A stretch of DNA of 64,000 nucleotides from Candidatus Hydrogenedentota bacterium. GTDB lineage: Bacteria; Hydrogenedentota; Hydrogenedentia; Hydrogenedentales; SLHB01. How positions within the stretch are numbered: position 1 is the stretch's first letter; each line of letters opens with the position of its first letter. The notes beneath the pieces are model-generated. The model ran no database searches, had not been told where the DNA came from, and saw only the letters and a list, made by a program, of their open reading frames with translations. Positions 41,301 through 49,760 of this stretch are shown one piece after another. The position numbers were made by a program, and so were the translations under genes. The DNA lies in assembly GCA_963674865.2 (NCBI GenBank), contig CAXXYE010000009.1, forward strand, positions 864,001 to 928,000, read 5' to 3'.

Positions 41301-43597
41301 AGTTCGCCGTCCGAGGTGAAGGCGATTCCCGCCCACCGGCCTTCCAAGAAGCCCACCGGGCTCGCGATGCCCGTCTCTTCGTCGAGACGCGCCAGTAGCC
41401 ACAGTGTGTCGTCACCATTCTTCTCGACATCTTGAGAGTCCGGCGACTGGAGATACACCAGAAGCAGCGCCCACAGTTCACCTGTGACGGGGTGCGTGGC
41501 CAATCCGCGTCCGCCCGTCACGACCCAGTGCGTGCCCGGAAGACGGATCGGAACATTGCTCAAGACGTCCCCCGTTTCCGGATCCAGTGTCTTCAGATTC
41601 AGCGCGGCCAAATATTGCTTCTCGCCATAGTAGGGATCATGCGGGAGCGAATACAGCACGCCGGTATCATAGAGCCACTCGGGATCCGCCTCCGGATCGG
41701 CATACACCGTCTGATCCGGCCCGGCATCCGCCACGGGCGGCTGATTCTCCGTCGTCACGCTGACGGTGTCCGGCGCACTATCAACGGTGCCGTCGTTCAC
41801 GATCAACTGGGCCACGTATACGCCCGGAACGTCAATTGTGAATTTCGGCGTCGGTGAGGTCGGGTCGTCCAACGTCGCCGCACTCATCGGGGCCTTCGTT
41901 CCGTTGCCGGGCACGGATATGAGGCTCCAAGAATAGGTCAACGGGTCGTTATCCACGTCATAACTTCCCGTGCCGTCAAGCGTGATCTCGTCGCGGCGAT
42001 GAGCGGTCTGATCAGGTCCGGCGTCCGCCACCGGAGGCGTGTTGTCCGTCGTCACCGTCACCGTGTCGGGCGTGCTGTCCTGCAGCCCGTCGTTGACGAT
42101 CAGTTGGAGTACGTAGGTGCCCGCCACGTCGATGGTGAACTTCGGCGCGACGGCCGCGCTGTCGTCGAGTGCCGCCGTGCTGCCGGCGGGACGCGATGTG
42201 AAGCTCCACGCGTAAGTGATGGCATCGCCGTCGGGGTCGTAACTCCCGCTGCCGTCAAGCGTTATCTCAGCCGTCACTACGCCCGACTGATCCGAGCCGG
42301 CATCGGCTATGGGTGCGGTGTTCTCCGTGGTGATCGCTACCGTGTCTGCGGCACTATCTACGGTGCCATCATTCACGATCAACTGGACTACGTATACGCC
42401 CGGGTAATCCGTTACGAATGTGGGATTGACGGCCGTCGGGTCGCTCAAGACCGCCGAACTCTTCCGTGTACTGAACGTCTCCGGTACGGACGCGAAGCTC
42501 CAGCTATACGTCAGCGCATCTCCGTCCACATCGTAGCTGCCGCTGCCGTTGAGCGCTACCGTGTCGCCCGCGTGCACCGTTTGGTCCGGGCCGGCATCCG
42601 CCACGGGCGGGCTGTTTACCGTTGTGATGGATACCGTGTCCGGATCGCTGTCAAACTCGCCGTCATTCACCACCAACTGGAGGACGTATTCGCCCGGAAG
42701 GTCGATAGCGAATGTCGGATTAACGGCCGTCGGGTCGCTTAACGTGGCCGAACTCTTCTCTGGAGCGTTGCCCGGCACCGATACGAAGCTCCAGGAATAC
42801 GTCAGTGCATCGCCGTCTACGTCGTAACTGCCGCTGCCGTCAAGCGTCACCGTGTCCAGCACTTGCGCCGTTTGATCCGGTCCTGCGTCCGCCACCGGTG
42901 CGCTGTTCTGGGTGGTAATGATCACCGTGTCGGTACTCGTTTCCCGGCCATCACTTACCGTCAGCAAGAAGACGTACGTCCCCGGCACATCGATCGTGAA
43001 CGTCGGCCGAGGCGCGGTGGGATCAGACAGACTGGCCGTCGTCACCGAGCTTCCCTCGGGCACCTGAACCACTTCCCACTGGTACGTCAGGAAGTCCCCA
43101 TCCGGGTCCGACGACCTGGTTCCGTCGAGTTCGACGGGATCTCCGACCACATGGGTTTCATCAGTGCCAGCGTCGGCGTCCGGCGGCTCATTGGCCTCCA
43201 ACACCTCAATATAGTACGTGCGCGTGAGAGATACGCAGGAGCCGTCGGACAGTTCCACGGTGAGCGTCACCGTATACCGCCCCGGCGCCGTATACACGTG
43301 AGTCGGGTTTTGCCCTTCCCCCGTGGCGCCGTCGCCGAAGTCCCAATACCATCCAACGATACTCAGTTCGAGAGCATTGACGTCGCGGAACTTCTCCTCT
43401 ACAAGTGTATAGGGAGGAACGGCTTCCGCAGAGCCATAGAACTGTACCGTCAGGTCGGCGTAACCCGACCTGGGCGTACCCCAGAAAGACACCTTGACAG
43501 GGTCATCCTTGAGAGGACATCCTGTCAACCCCATTGCGACAAGCACCAATACGGCGCCAAACGTCCCCACGGATCTCCACTGTCTGTTCCACTGCAT
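38309..43597 (-). CDS. Giant surface lipoprotein: PKD + PKD/REJ-like repeats, beta-propeller, CARDB, malectin-like and FGE-sulfatase (SUMF1-like) domains
   Basis: Lipobox LTGC; WDFGDG; seven P[VDI]ADAGxD repeats; PDLVISDL..E.NE.NN; RINCG..RLHFAEI..ISAIEV; YEVTNAQY, HPVVEVSW, DMSGNVWEW, RGGSY, LGFR. Confidence 0.88.
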   Translation of the reverse strand: MQWNRQWRSVGTFGAVLVLVAMGLTGCPLKDDPVKVSFWGTPRSGYADLTVQFYGSAEAVPPYTLVEEKFRDVNALELSIVGWYWDFGDGATGEGQNPTHVYTAPGRYTVTLTVELSDGSCVSLTRTYYIEVLEANEPPDADAGTDETHVVGDPVELDGTRSSDPDGDFLTYQWEVVQVPEGSSVTTASLSDPTAPRPTFTIDVPGTYVFLLTVSDGRETSTDTVIITTQNSAPVADAGPDQTAQVLDTVTLDGSGSYDVDGDALTYSWSFVSVPGNAPEKSSATLSDPTAVNPTFAIDLPGEYVLQLVVNDGEFDSDPDTVSITTVNSPPVADAGPDQTVHAGDTVALNGSGSYDVDGDALTYSWSFASVPETFSTRKSSAVLSDPTAVNPTFVTDYPGVYVVQLIVNDGTVDSAADTVAITTENTAPIADAGSDQSGVVTAEITLDGSGSYDPDGDAITYAWSFTSRPAGSTAALDDSAAVAPKFTIDVAGTYVLQLIVNDGLQDSTPDTVTVTTDNTPPVADAGPDQTAHRRDEITLDGTGSYDVDNDPLTYSWSLISVPGNGTKAPMSAATLDDPTSPTPKFTIDVPGVYVAQLIVNDGTVDSAPDTVSVTTENQPPVADAGPDQTVYADPEADPEWLYDTGVLYSLPHDPYYGEKQYLAALNLKTLDPETGDVLSNVPIRLPGTHWVVTGGRGLATHPVTGELWALLLVYLQSPDSQDVEKNGDDTLWLLARLDEETGIASPVGFLEGRWAGIAFTSDGELFGVTGSSQENEWPDSLYHLSQDDATATFWYQFTNSLDRDGQCLAFNFDDDEMYHASSRAYYKQPSDVILFESLLFVDPPVLTTHSVPQDWMECNPSALTYDRENGRFILADTCSMIYAVGPPTPDLVISDLSIDPTSPSDQDEITFTAVVSNWGSVDAGPFDVEFKIGGETFGLIQAYTGLAAGASETLQRFETLPAGSYGYSATADVNEDVDENNEYNNETTGAFTVGAVIKAGDGQVAVKQASDPDTYEVIYVYSTSDYHTSKGLAFKYRCRRAGTEVQLDGSGSYDPDSDPLTYAWTFVSVPQDSAVDDSSLSDATAVDPTFTPDLQGEYVVQLIVFDGEDYSVADEVAITYGNGAPVADAGPDQIHLVPSVVPNKVAPPTPDWDYVQLNGDDSYDLDCDTLTYLWTFTSVPDGSAVTDSSLFDPTAAQAKEADATTLPAPAFYPDMMGDYVLQLVVDDGVATKQQSAPDTVTVTVAPDVEMYCSFGYPYFTMGPTDDEILAYEIPDDAPEARGLFVQYRINCGEMDDAYTDAEGRVWATDDYYAAGSTYEDFTQPITGTDDPTLFQTERYWTAATPKQVPATLGGYSFPASEGAYVVRLHFAEIYDSITAQNPRSFDVYIEDTLVLDDYDIVADVGFGVAAVKEFAVDLTSAQTPTLDIMFAANEENPKISAIEVFSVAPQDQYLYFANYSPPAMGVYEVTNAQYASVLNYALYMNYLRPESAEKAAYAGGDVYFNDRLLLQIVDHLDEIEYCDIEYDAEGGGFVVVDRDGVSLDEHPVVEVSWYGAIAFCNCYSEKCGLGSFYSLAKSGAAFDAFPKATSSSLDGYWVAYEPEWEYFAAWAEIPQKATSPSGKHWIYGFTADDIDATRCNYNLSNPLGLSAEPLTTPVGYYDGLNAGTVFSMSPHGCFDMSGNVWEWTSSPATLYGDDYDPYYLNGSAKGDFTYDEKVIRGGSYAEGQYYQRTAYRTSEPPETTWPNLGFRVMGLCGRWDE

Positions 43598-43719
43598 GGC
43601 GTGTCTCCTTAAGAATCGCAATGTCTTGAATAGGTTGAATGGGGCACCGACGCCTGAATCGGCACACACCTCAACCCCGCGAAAATGCCACTGTCAGGTG
43701 AGATCATCTCTCTTTTGCT

Positions 43720-43750
43720 AGTATGTGCAGGCGCTGCCCCATTTTGTCAA
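43720..43750 (-). promoter_or_regulatory. Promoter of the leftward PKD lipoprotein
   Basis: Minus strand TTGACAAAATGGGGCAGCGCCTGCACATACT; the -10 register is ambiguous. Confidence 0.5.
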
Positions 43751-43898
43751 GGAAAATAAACGAAAATCGTCAAATCTGACAGCTTTTCCCTGGTTCGAGC
43801 AGCAACATTGCCATAGCTCGACGATGCTTCTCGGCCTTGTCCCGCCGTTTGGACCCGACATGCTTGACTCGCTGACCTGAGTCTCGGGGGCATTTCTC

Positions 43899-43927
43899 TT
43901 GACAAAAGGGGTCCAGCACTGCACAAT
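43899..43927 (+). promoter_or_regulatory. Promoter of the rightward PKD lipoprotein
   Basis: TTGACA-N17-CACAAT. Confidence 0.6.
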
Positions 43928-44031
43928 AGAAGCTCGTGATCTGAGCTCAAGGCAGAATGTCTGCTCTCTCTGCTGCGGGGTATCTGCCCCGGTGGAGCTC
44001 AGGGGGCCGGATTTACGGAAGGAGGCATGCC

Positions 44032-47000
44032 ATGAAGGGGGCTGCAAACGTTATGCGTGTTTTCTGTGCTCTCACTTTACTCACCTTTGGACTTATTTCT
44101 CTCACGGGTTGCCCTGCTGCGTGGCATGTGACGTGTGATTTTACGGCCACACCGAGAACGGGGCAAGCCGACCTTACCGTGCAGTTCCAAGGCACGGCCA
44201 CAGGTGTACCGCCCTATGTCTTGGTGGAGAAATTCCGCGACACGGGCGACCACCAGATCAGCATAGTCGACTGGTCGTGGTCTTTCGGTGACGGCAGCAC
44301 CGGATGCGGGCAGAACCCGACCCACGTGTATACGACGACAGGCTGTCACACGGTGATTCTGACCGTGACCTGTTCGGACGGGACCACGGCGCGCCGTATC
44401 CATGCCAATTACGTGTGTGTGGCCGGGGACAATACCGCCCCCGTCGCGGATGCGGGCGATGACCAGACGGCCTACAGCGGCGACACAATCCAGCTCGATG
44501 GAAGCGACAGCTTCGACCCCGATGGTGATGACCTGACCTATCTTTGGGTCTTGGTCTCCAAACCGGCGGGCAGCCAGGCTTCGATCAGCGATCCTACGGC
44601 CATGAAGCCGTCCTTTTTCGTTGACAGGCCCGGAACGTACATTTTCGACCTCACCGTGAGCGACGGCATTACCACAAGCGTTGCCGAACGCGTCATTATT
44701 ACCGTTCCCAATACGCCGCCCGTCGCCGACGCCGGCCCCGACCAGACCCGTCTCGTTAGAGATACCGTTACCCTCGACGGCAGCAACAGTTCAGATATCG
44801 ATGGCGACAGCCTGACCTTCGCGTGGACCATGGTTTCGAGGCCTGACGGCAGCGCCGCGGCCTTGGACGATCCCACGGCCGTCAGTCCCACGTTCGTTGT
44901 CGATGCTTTCGGCGAGTATTTCGTCCAGCTTATCGTGAACGACGGCACGGTCGACAGCGTACTCGATGTCGTTCACATTACCACGGCAAACAGCGCACCC
45001 GTTGCCGACGCCGGCCCCGACCAGACCAAATTCGTGACCAATACCGTCCAACTTAACGGCAGCGGCAGTTCCGATGTGGACGGCGATCCCCTGACCTACG
45101 CCTGGTCCTTTGTTTCCAGGCCGACCGGCAGCACCGCAGCCCTCAGCAATGCCGGCGCCGTCAATCCCACGTTTGTCATCGACGCGCCGGGCGAGTATGT
45201 CCTTCAGCTTGTTGTGAATGACGGCACGGTGGACAGTGCGCCCGATAGCATGATCGTCCGAACTGAAAACAGCCCTCCTGTCGCTGACGCCGGGCCCGAC
45301 CGGACGCGGCTTGTTACCGAAACGGTTCAGCTTGACGGTAGCGAGAGCTACGACGTGGACGGCAATGCTCTCACCTACAGGTGGAGCTTTGTTTCCCGGC
45401 CTCAGGGAAGCAACGCGGCCCTCAGCGATCCGACCGTGGTCAATCCCACGTTCGTCATCGACCTTCCGGGTGAATACGTCGTCCAACTTATCGTGAACGA
45501 CGGTACCGTCGACAGCGCGCCGGATAGCGTCACCATTACCACCGAAAACAGCCCGCCCGTTGCTGATGCCGGGCCCGATCAGACGAAATTCGTCACCAAC
45601 AGCGTCCAGCTCAACGGCGGCGGAAGCTCCGATGTGGACGGCGATCCCTTGACCTACGCGTGGAGCTTTGCCTCCAAGCCCACGGGCAGTGCGGCTACCC
45701 TTAGCGACGCGACCGCGGTCAATCCCACGTTTGTCATCGACCTCCCCGGCGAGTATGACCTTCAGTTGATTGTGAACGACGGCACGGTCGAAAGTGCGCC
45801 GGATACCGTCATCATCACGACCCTGAACAGTCCGCCCGTCGCCGACGCCGGGCCGGATCAGTCGCGGTTCGTCACGGATACCGTCACCCTCGACGGCAGC
45901 GGCAGTTCCGATGTAGACGGCGATCCGCTCACCTACGCGTGGAGCCTTACCTCACAGCCGTTAGACAGCACGGCGGTCCTTAGCGATCCGACGGCAGTCA
46001 AGCCGACGTTCGTCATTGACGTGCCCGGCGAGTATGTACTGCAGCTTGTCGTTAACGACGCCGCCGCCGACAGCGATCCCGACACGGTACGGATCTCGAC
46101 GCTTAACAGCGCCCCCGTCGCCGACGCCGGGCCGGATCAGTCGCAGTTCGTCACGGATACCGTCACCCTCGACGGCAGCGGCAGCTCCGACGTAGACGGC
46201 GATCCGCTGACCTACGCTTGGAGCTTCACTTCCCGGCCTACGGGTAGTGCGGCGGTACTGAGCGATCCGACGGCGGTCAAACCGACCTTCGTCATCGACC
46301 TGCCCGGGGACTACGTGCTGCAGCTCATCGTGAATGACGGCAGCGACGACAGCGATCCGGACACGGTGACAATCTCCACACTCAACAGCCCACCTGTCGC
46401 CGATGCCGGGTCCAACCAGACCCGGTTTGTCACCAACACAGTAACACTCGACGGCAGCGGCAGCTCCGACGTGGACGGCGACCCGCTTACCTATGTCTGG
46501 AGCTTCACGTCGCGGCCGACGGGCAGCGCGGCGTCGCTCAACGATCCCGCAGCGAGCAATCCGACCTTCGTCATCGACCTGCCCGGGGACTATGTGCTGC
46601 AGCTTGTCGTGAATGACGGTGCGGTGGACAGCGATCCGGACACGGTGACAATCTCCACGCTCAACAGTCCGCCCGTCGCTGACGCCGGGCCGGATCAGTC
46701 GCGGTTTGTCACCGACACGGTGACGCTCGACGGCAGCGGCAGTTCCGACGTAGATGGCGATCCGCTCACCTATGCCTGGAGCTTCACCTCACGGCCCACG
46801 GGCAGCACGGCGTCGCTCAGCGATCCCACGGCGAGCAATCCGACCTTCGTCATCGACCTGCCGGGCGACTACGTCATCCAGCTTATCGTCAATGACGGCA
46901 CCGTTGATAGCGACCCGGATACCGTACAGGTTTCTACGCTCAACAGTCCCCCGGTTGCAGATGCCGGAGATCCGCAGTCCGGGCAAGTGGGCGCCAGCAT

Positions 47001-47790
47001 CACGCTCGACGGCAGCGGCAGTTCCGACGTAGACGGCGACCCGTTGACGTTCTTCTGGAGCTTCGCTTCCCGGCCCTTGGGCAGCACGGCGGCCCTCGAC
47101 GATCCCACCGCCGTTGACCCCGGCTTCGTCATTGACGTGGCAGGCAACTACACCCTCCAGCTCATTGTGAACGACGGCACTGTCGACAGTGCGCCCGACA
47201 CGGTGCAGGTCTCGACGGACAACAGCGCCCCCGTCGCCGACGCCGGAGATCCGCAGACCGTTGCTGTAGGAGCCACGGCTACACTCGACGGCAGCGGGAG
47301 TTACGATGTAGACAGCGACCCGCTGACTTACGCCTGGAGCTTCGTGTCGCGGCCGACGGGAAGCACCGCCTCGCTGACCGGCGCGACTTCTGTCAGCCCG
47401 CAGTTCACGCTCGATCTGCCCGGCGACTACGTCATCCAGCTTATCGTGAACGATGGCACCGTCGACAGCGCGCCTGACACGGTGACGATCAGTACCATCA
47501 ACAGCCGGCCCGTGGCCGATGCCGGCCCGGATCAGAGGGTGAGCTGGCCTTCGGTCATCCAACTGGACGGCAGCGGAAGCTACGATCCCGACGGCGATCC
47601 GATAACCTACATGTGGAGCGTCGTCTCGGGCGGCAATTGCCAACAGATCCCGGTTATCAGCGATCCGACCGCCATGAGCCCAACCGTTGTCACCGACACT
47701 TGGTGCACCGTGGTGCTGCAGCTGATCGTCAGCGACGGCGTGTTGGAGAGCGAGCCCGACACGATGAAGATCGTTCAGACTCCGAACTAG
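44032..47790 (+). CDS. Surface lipoprotein: one PKD domain plus 12 tandem ~93-aa PKD/REJ-like repeats
   Basis: AAGGAGG RBS, lipobox LTGC, WSFGDG, 12 NxxPVADAGxxx units. Confidence 0.9.
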   Translation: MKGAANVMRVFCALTLLTFGLISLTGCPAAWHVTCDFTATPRTGQADLTVQFQGTATGVPPYVLVEKFRDTGDHQISIVDWSWSFGDGSTGCGQNPTHVYTTTGCHTVILTVTCSDGTTARRIHANYVCVAGDNTAPVADAGDDQTAYSGDTIQLDGSDSFDPDGDDLTYLWVLVSKPAGSQASISDPTAMKPSFFVDRPGTYIFDLTVSDGITTSVAERVIITVPNTPPVADAGPDQTRLVRDTVTLDGSNSSDIDGDSLTFAWTMVSRPDGSAAALDDPTAVSPTFVVDAFGEYFVQLIVNDGTVDSVLDVVHITTANSAPVADAGPDQTKFVTNTVQLNGSGSSDVDGDPLTYAWSFVSRPTGSTAALSNAGAVNPTFVIDAPGEYVLQLVVNDGTVDSAPDSMIVRTENSPPVADAGPDRTRLVTETVQLDGSESYDVDGNALTYRWSFVSRPQGSNAALSDPTVVNPTFVIDLPGEYVVQLIVNDGTVDSAPDSVTITTENSPPVADAGPDQTKFVTNSVQLNGGGSSDVDGDPLTYAWSFASKPTGSAATLSDATAVNPTFVIDLPGEYDLQLIVNDGTVESAPDTVIITTLNSPPVADAGPDQSRFVTDTVTLDGSGSSDVDGDPLTYAWSLTSQPLDSTAVLSDPTAVKPTFVIDVPGEYVLQLVVNDAAADSDPDTVRISTLNSAPVADAGPDQSQFVTDTVTLDGSGSSDVDGDPLTYAWSFTSRPTGSAAVLSDPTAVKPTFVIDLPGDYVLQLIVNDGSDDSDPDTVTISTLNSPPVADAGSNQTRFVTNTVTLDGSGSSDVDGDPLTYVWSFTSRPTGSAASLNDPAASNPTFVIDLPGDYVLQLVVNDGAVDSDPDTVTISTLNSPPVADAGPDQSRFVTDTVTLDGSGSSDVDGDPLTYAWSFTSRPTGSTASLSDPTASNPTFVIDLPGDYVIQLIVNDGTVDSDPDTVQVSTLNSPPVADAGDPQSGQVGASITLDGSGSSDVDGDPLTFFWSFASRPLGSTAALDDPTAVDPGFVIDVAGNYTLQLIVNDGTVDSAPDTVQVSTDNSAPVADAGDPQTVAVGATATLDGSGSYDVDSDPLTYAWSFVSRPTGSTASLTGATSVSPQFTLDLPGDYVIQLIVNDGTVDSAPDTVTISTINSRPVADAGPDQRVSWPSVIQLDGSGSYDPDGDPITYMWSVVSGGNCQQIPVISDPTAMSPTVVTDTWCTVVLQLIVSDGVLESEPDTMKIVQTPN
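44431..47787 (+). repeat. Intragenic tandem repeat, period about 279 bp, 12 copies
   Basis: Units 3 and 4 start at 44989 and 45268 (279 bp, 93 codons). Confidence 0.9.
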
Positions 47791-47920
47791 TCGCGAGCGG
47801 TCTTACGCCAATGGGCGACGACGGCGCTGGACGACACGCCTTGCTGAGAGTTACTTGCCGCGCTCCAATGGGGGCGCGGCAGGGACGAGCCGAGAGCTTC
47901 GGAATGCTCGCTGGCCGTCC

Positions 47921-47949
47921 TTGACGAAATGGCTACATTCTGGTAGCTT
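47921..47949 (+). promoter_or_regulatory. Promoter of the porin gene
   Basis: TTGACG-N17-TAGCTT with TGn extension. Confidence 0.6.
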
Positions 47950-48089
47950 AGGAACTTAGGGAGCCTATTGCGGTGAACGCAATGGTGGTTGAAAGAGGTG
48001 AGGACGCCTCAGGCCATGCGGCCGGAGCTTGGCGACTGACCCTCCTTCAGACGAAGGAATCAATGAGCGGTAAGAGGAGACCCGTGACC

Positions 48090-49703
48090 ATGTATAGAAC
48101 TCGTGCTATCCCCATCATTCTCGTCGCTCTGACGCTCCTCACGTGGTCCCTGACCAGCGTGGCTGAGCTTCAGACAGTGACCATCGGCGGCGAAATCCGC
48201 GTCCGCGGGTATTACTGGCAGAACAGCTTCAATGGCGGCGTCGCCACCGGGCTTGCCCTGCCCCAGGTGCGCTGGCCGGCCGCGTGGCTCGACGGTCGTC
48301 CCATCGGGGACATCATTGGCGGCCAGAACGCCATGAGCTACTGGGATTGGGACTCCCGGGGGCCCGACTACAAACTTGTCGCGGAGCGTACCGAGTTGAG
48401 CGTCCGAGCAGACTTCACCGATGATGTCGCGGCCGTTATCTCACTGGACAGTTTCGACTTCTGGGGCGAGGATTTCCGCTCGAACTACATCACCGGCGCC
48501 GACGCCCGGGCGGCGACGGCCGACGACGTCGAGTTCTATCAGGCTTACATTGAAGTCGATCAGTTGTTCGGTAACCCGCTGCGACTTCGCGTTGGCCGTC
48601 AGGAAATCACCCTCGGCAGCGGGTGGCTTGTCGGTAACGGCTCGGCCCGCGCCGAGTTCACGGGCACATCGTTCGACGGCGTCCGCCTCACCTACATCTG
48701 CGATCCGCTCACCGTTGACGCCTTCTGGACGAAACTGGCCGAGCGTAGTCCCGTCGAGGAAGACGGCGATGTCGACATGTATGGCGTTTACGCCAGCTAT
48801 GTCGCCCCCAATGAAGTCCTTTGGGTGGACAACTTCGAGTTGGACGCCTATTGGCTGCTCGTACGCGATGGGCGGGCAATTGAAGACGTCAACGGCACCT
48901 TTTTCCAGGAATGGCTCGAGGAAGTCGTCGGCATCGACGACTATGGCCCCACGTACCTCCACACTGTTGGCCTGCGCGCTGCCGGGACACTCTGGAACTT
49001 CGACGGCGAGGCCGAGTTTGCCTACCAGTTTGGCGACGCCAACCAGGTCGGCACCCTCTTCAAGCGCTTCGCGTATGGCGACGACGACGCCGACTACAGC
49101 AACTGGGCCATGAACCTTGAACTGGGCTACACCTTCGACGACGTGACGTGGCAGCCCCGGCTGCATGCAGGCCTCGGCTATTTCGGCGGCGAAGATAATC
49201 GCTACCTGTACTTCTGGGAGTGGATCAATCCCTTCAAAGCCCCGGAAGCCAGCGTGAGCTTCAACCGGCTGTTCTCGAACAAGGTCTACAGTTACATGAT
49301 CGACGAGATGGCCCAGCTCTCCAACTTCTACACCATCAACGGCGGCATTGAGCTGAATCCGACCGAGAAGGTCGAACTCAACCTTGCGGCTGCCTACTTC
49401 CACGTTATTGAAGAGTTCAATCACCCCATCTTCGTGGATATCGGACGGCTTCGCATCCCGCTGGCGCCCGGCCTTCCTTGGCTGACGCGCACCGCCGATT
49501 CCGACCTCGGCTGGGAGGCGTCCCTCTCCGCCAAGTATGCGTACAGCAGCGACCTGAGCTTCGAGGTCGGCTGGTCGCACTTCTTCGTGGATGACGGCCT
49601 CGCCGTCGGCAACTACAACGACTACAACGGCCTGCTGTACACCGGCGGCACCGACGACGACGACGCCGATTACTTCTACGCCGAAACCAAAGTCTGCTTC
49701 TAA
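48090..49703 (+). CDS. Outer-membrane beta-barrel, alginate-export (AlgE-like) family
   Basis: Signal peptide, IGGEIRVR, YQAYIEV..LRVGRQEITLGSGWLVG..SFDG, alternating beta strands, C-terminal Phe. Confidence 0.8.
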   Translation: MYRTRAIPIILVALTLLTWSLTSVAELQTVTIGGEIRVRGYYWQNSFNGGVATGLALPQVRWPAAWLDGRPIGDIIGGQNAMSYWDWDSRGPDYKLVAERTELSVRADFTDDVAAVISLDSFDFWGEDFRSNYITGADARAATADDVEFYQAYIEVDQLFGNPLRLRVGRQEITLGSGWLVGNGSARAEFTGTSFDGVRLTYICDPLTVDAFWTKLAERSPVEEDGDVDMYGVYASYVAPNEVLWVDNFELDAYWLLVRDGRAIEDVNGTFFQEWLEEVVGIDDYGPTYLHTVGLRAAGTLWNFDGEAEFAYQFGDANQVGTLFKRFAYGDDDADYSNWAMNLELGYTFDDVTWQPRLHAGLGYFGGEDNRYLYFWEWINPFKAPEASVSFNRLFSNKVYSYMIDEMAQLSNFYTINGGIELNPTEKVELNLAAAYFHVIEEFNHPIFVDIGRLRIPLAPGLPWLTRTADSDLGWEASLSAKYAYSSDLSFEVGWSHFFVDDGLAVGNYNDYNGLLYTGGTDDDDADYFYAETKVCF

Positions 49704-49729
49704 CAGTAGTCTTCCAGAACACCGTTTAC

Positions 49730-49760
49730 GAGGCCCGCGAGCAATCGCGGGCCTCTTCTC
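49730..49760. terminator. Intrinsic terminator between convergent genes
   Basis: GAGGCCCGCGA-GCAA-TCGCGGGCCTC then TTCTC. Confidence 0.75.

Noticed and set aside
43724..43925. Invertible promoter switch between the PKD genes
   Set aside because: The inverted repeats are imperfect, are themselves the outward-facing promoters, and no recombinase is nearby
44431..47787. Regular repeats as a CRISPR array or mobile element
   Set aside because: Period is 279 bp, in frame and degenerate at synonymous sites: protein domain repeats
47984..48016. Partial resemblance to a c-di-GMP-I riboswitch (GAAA..GGACGC..GGCC)
   Set aside because: Lacks the GGCAAA and GCAAAG elements and the stem around GAAA does not pair
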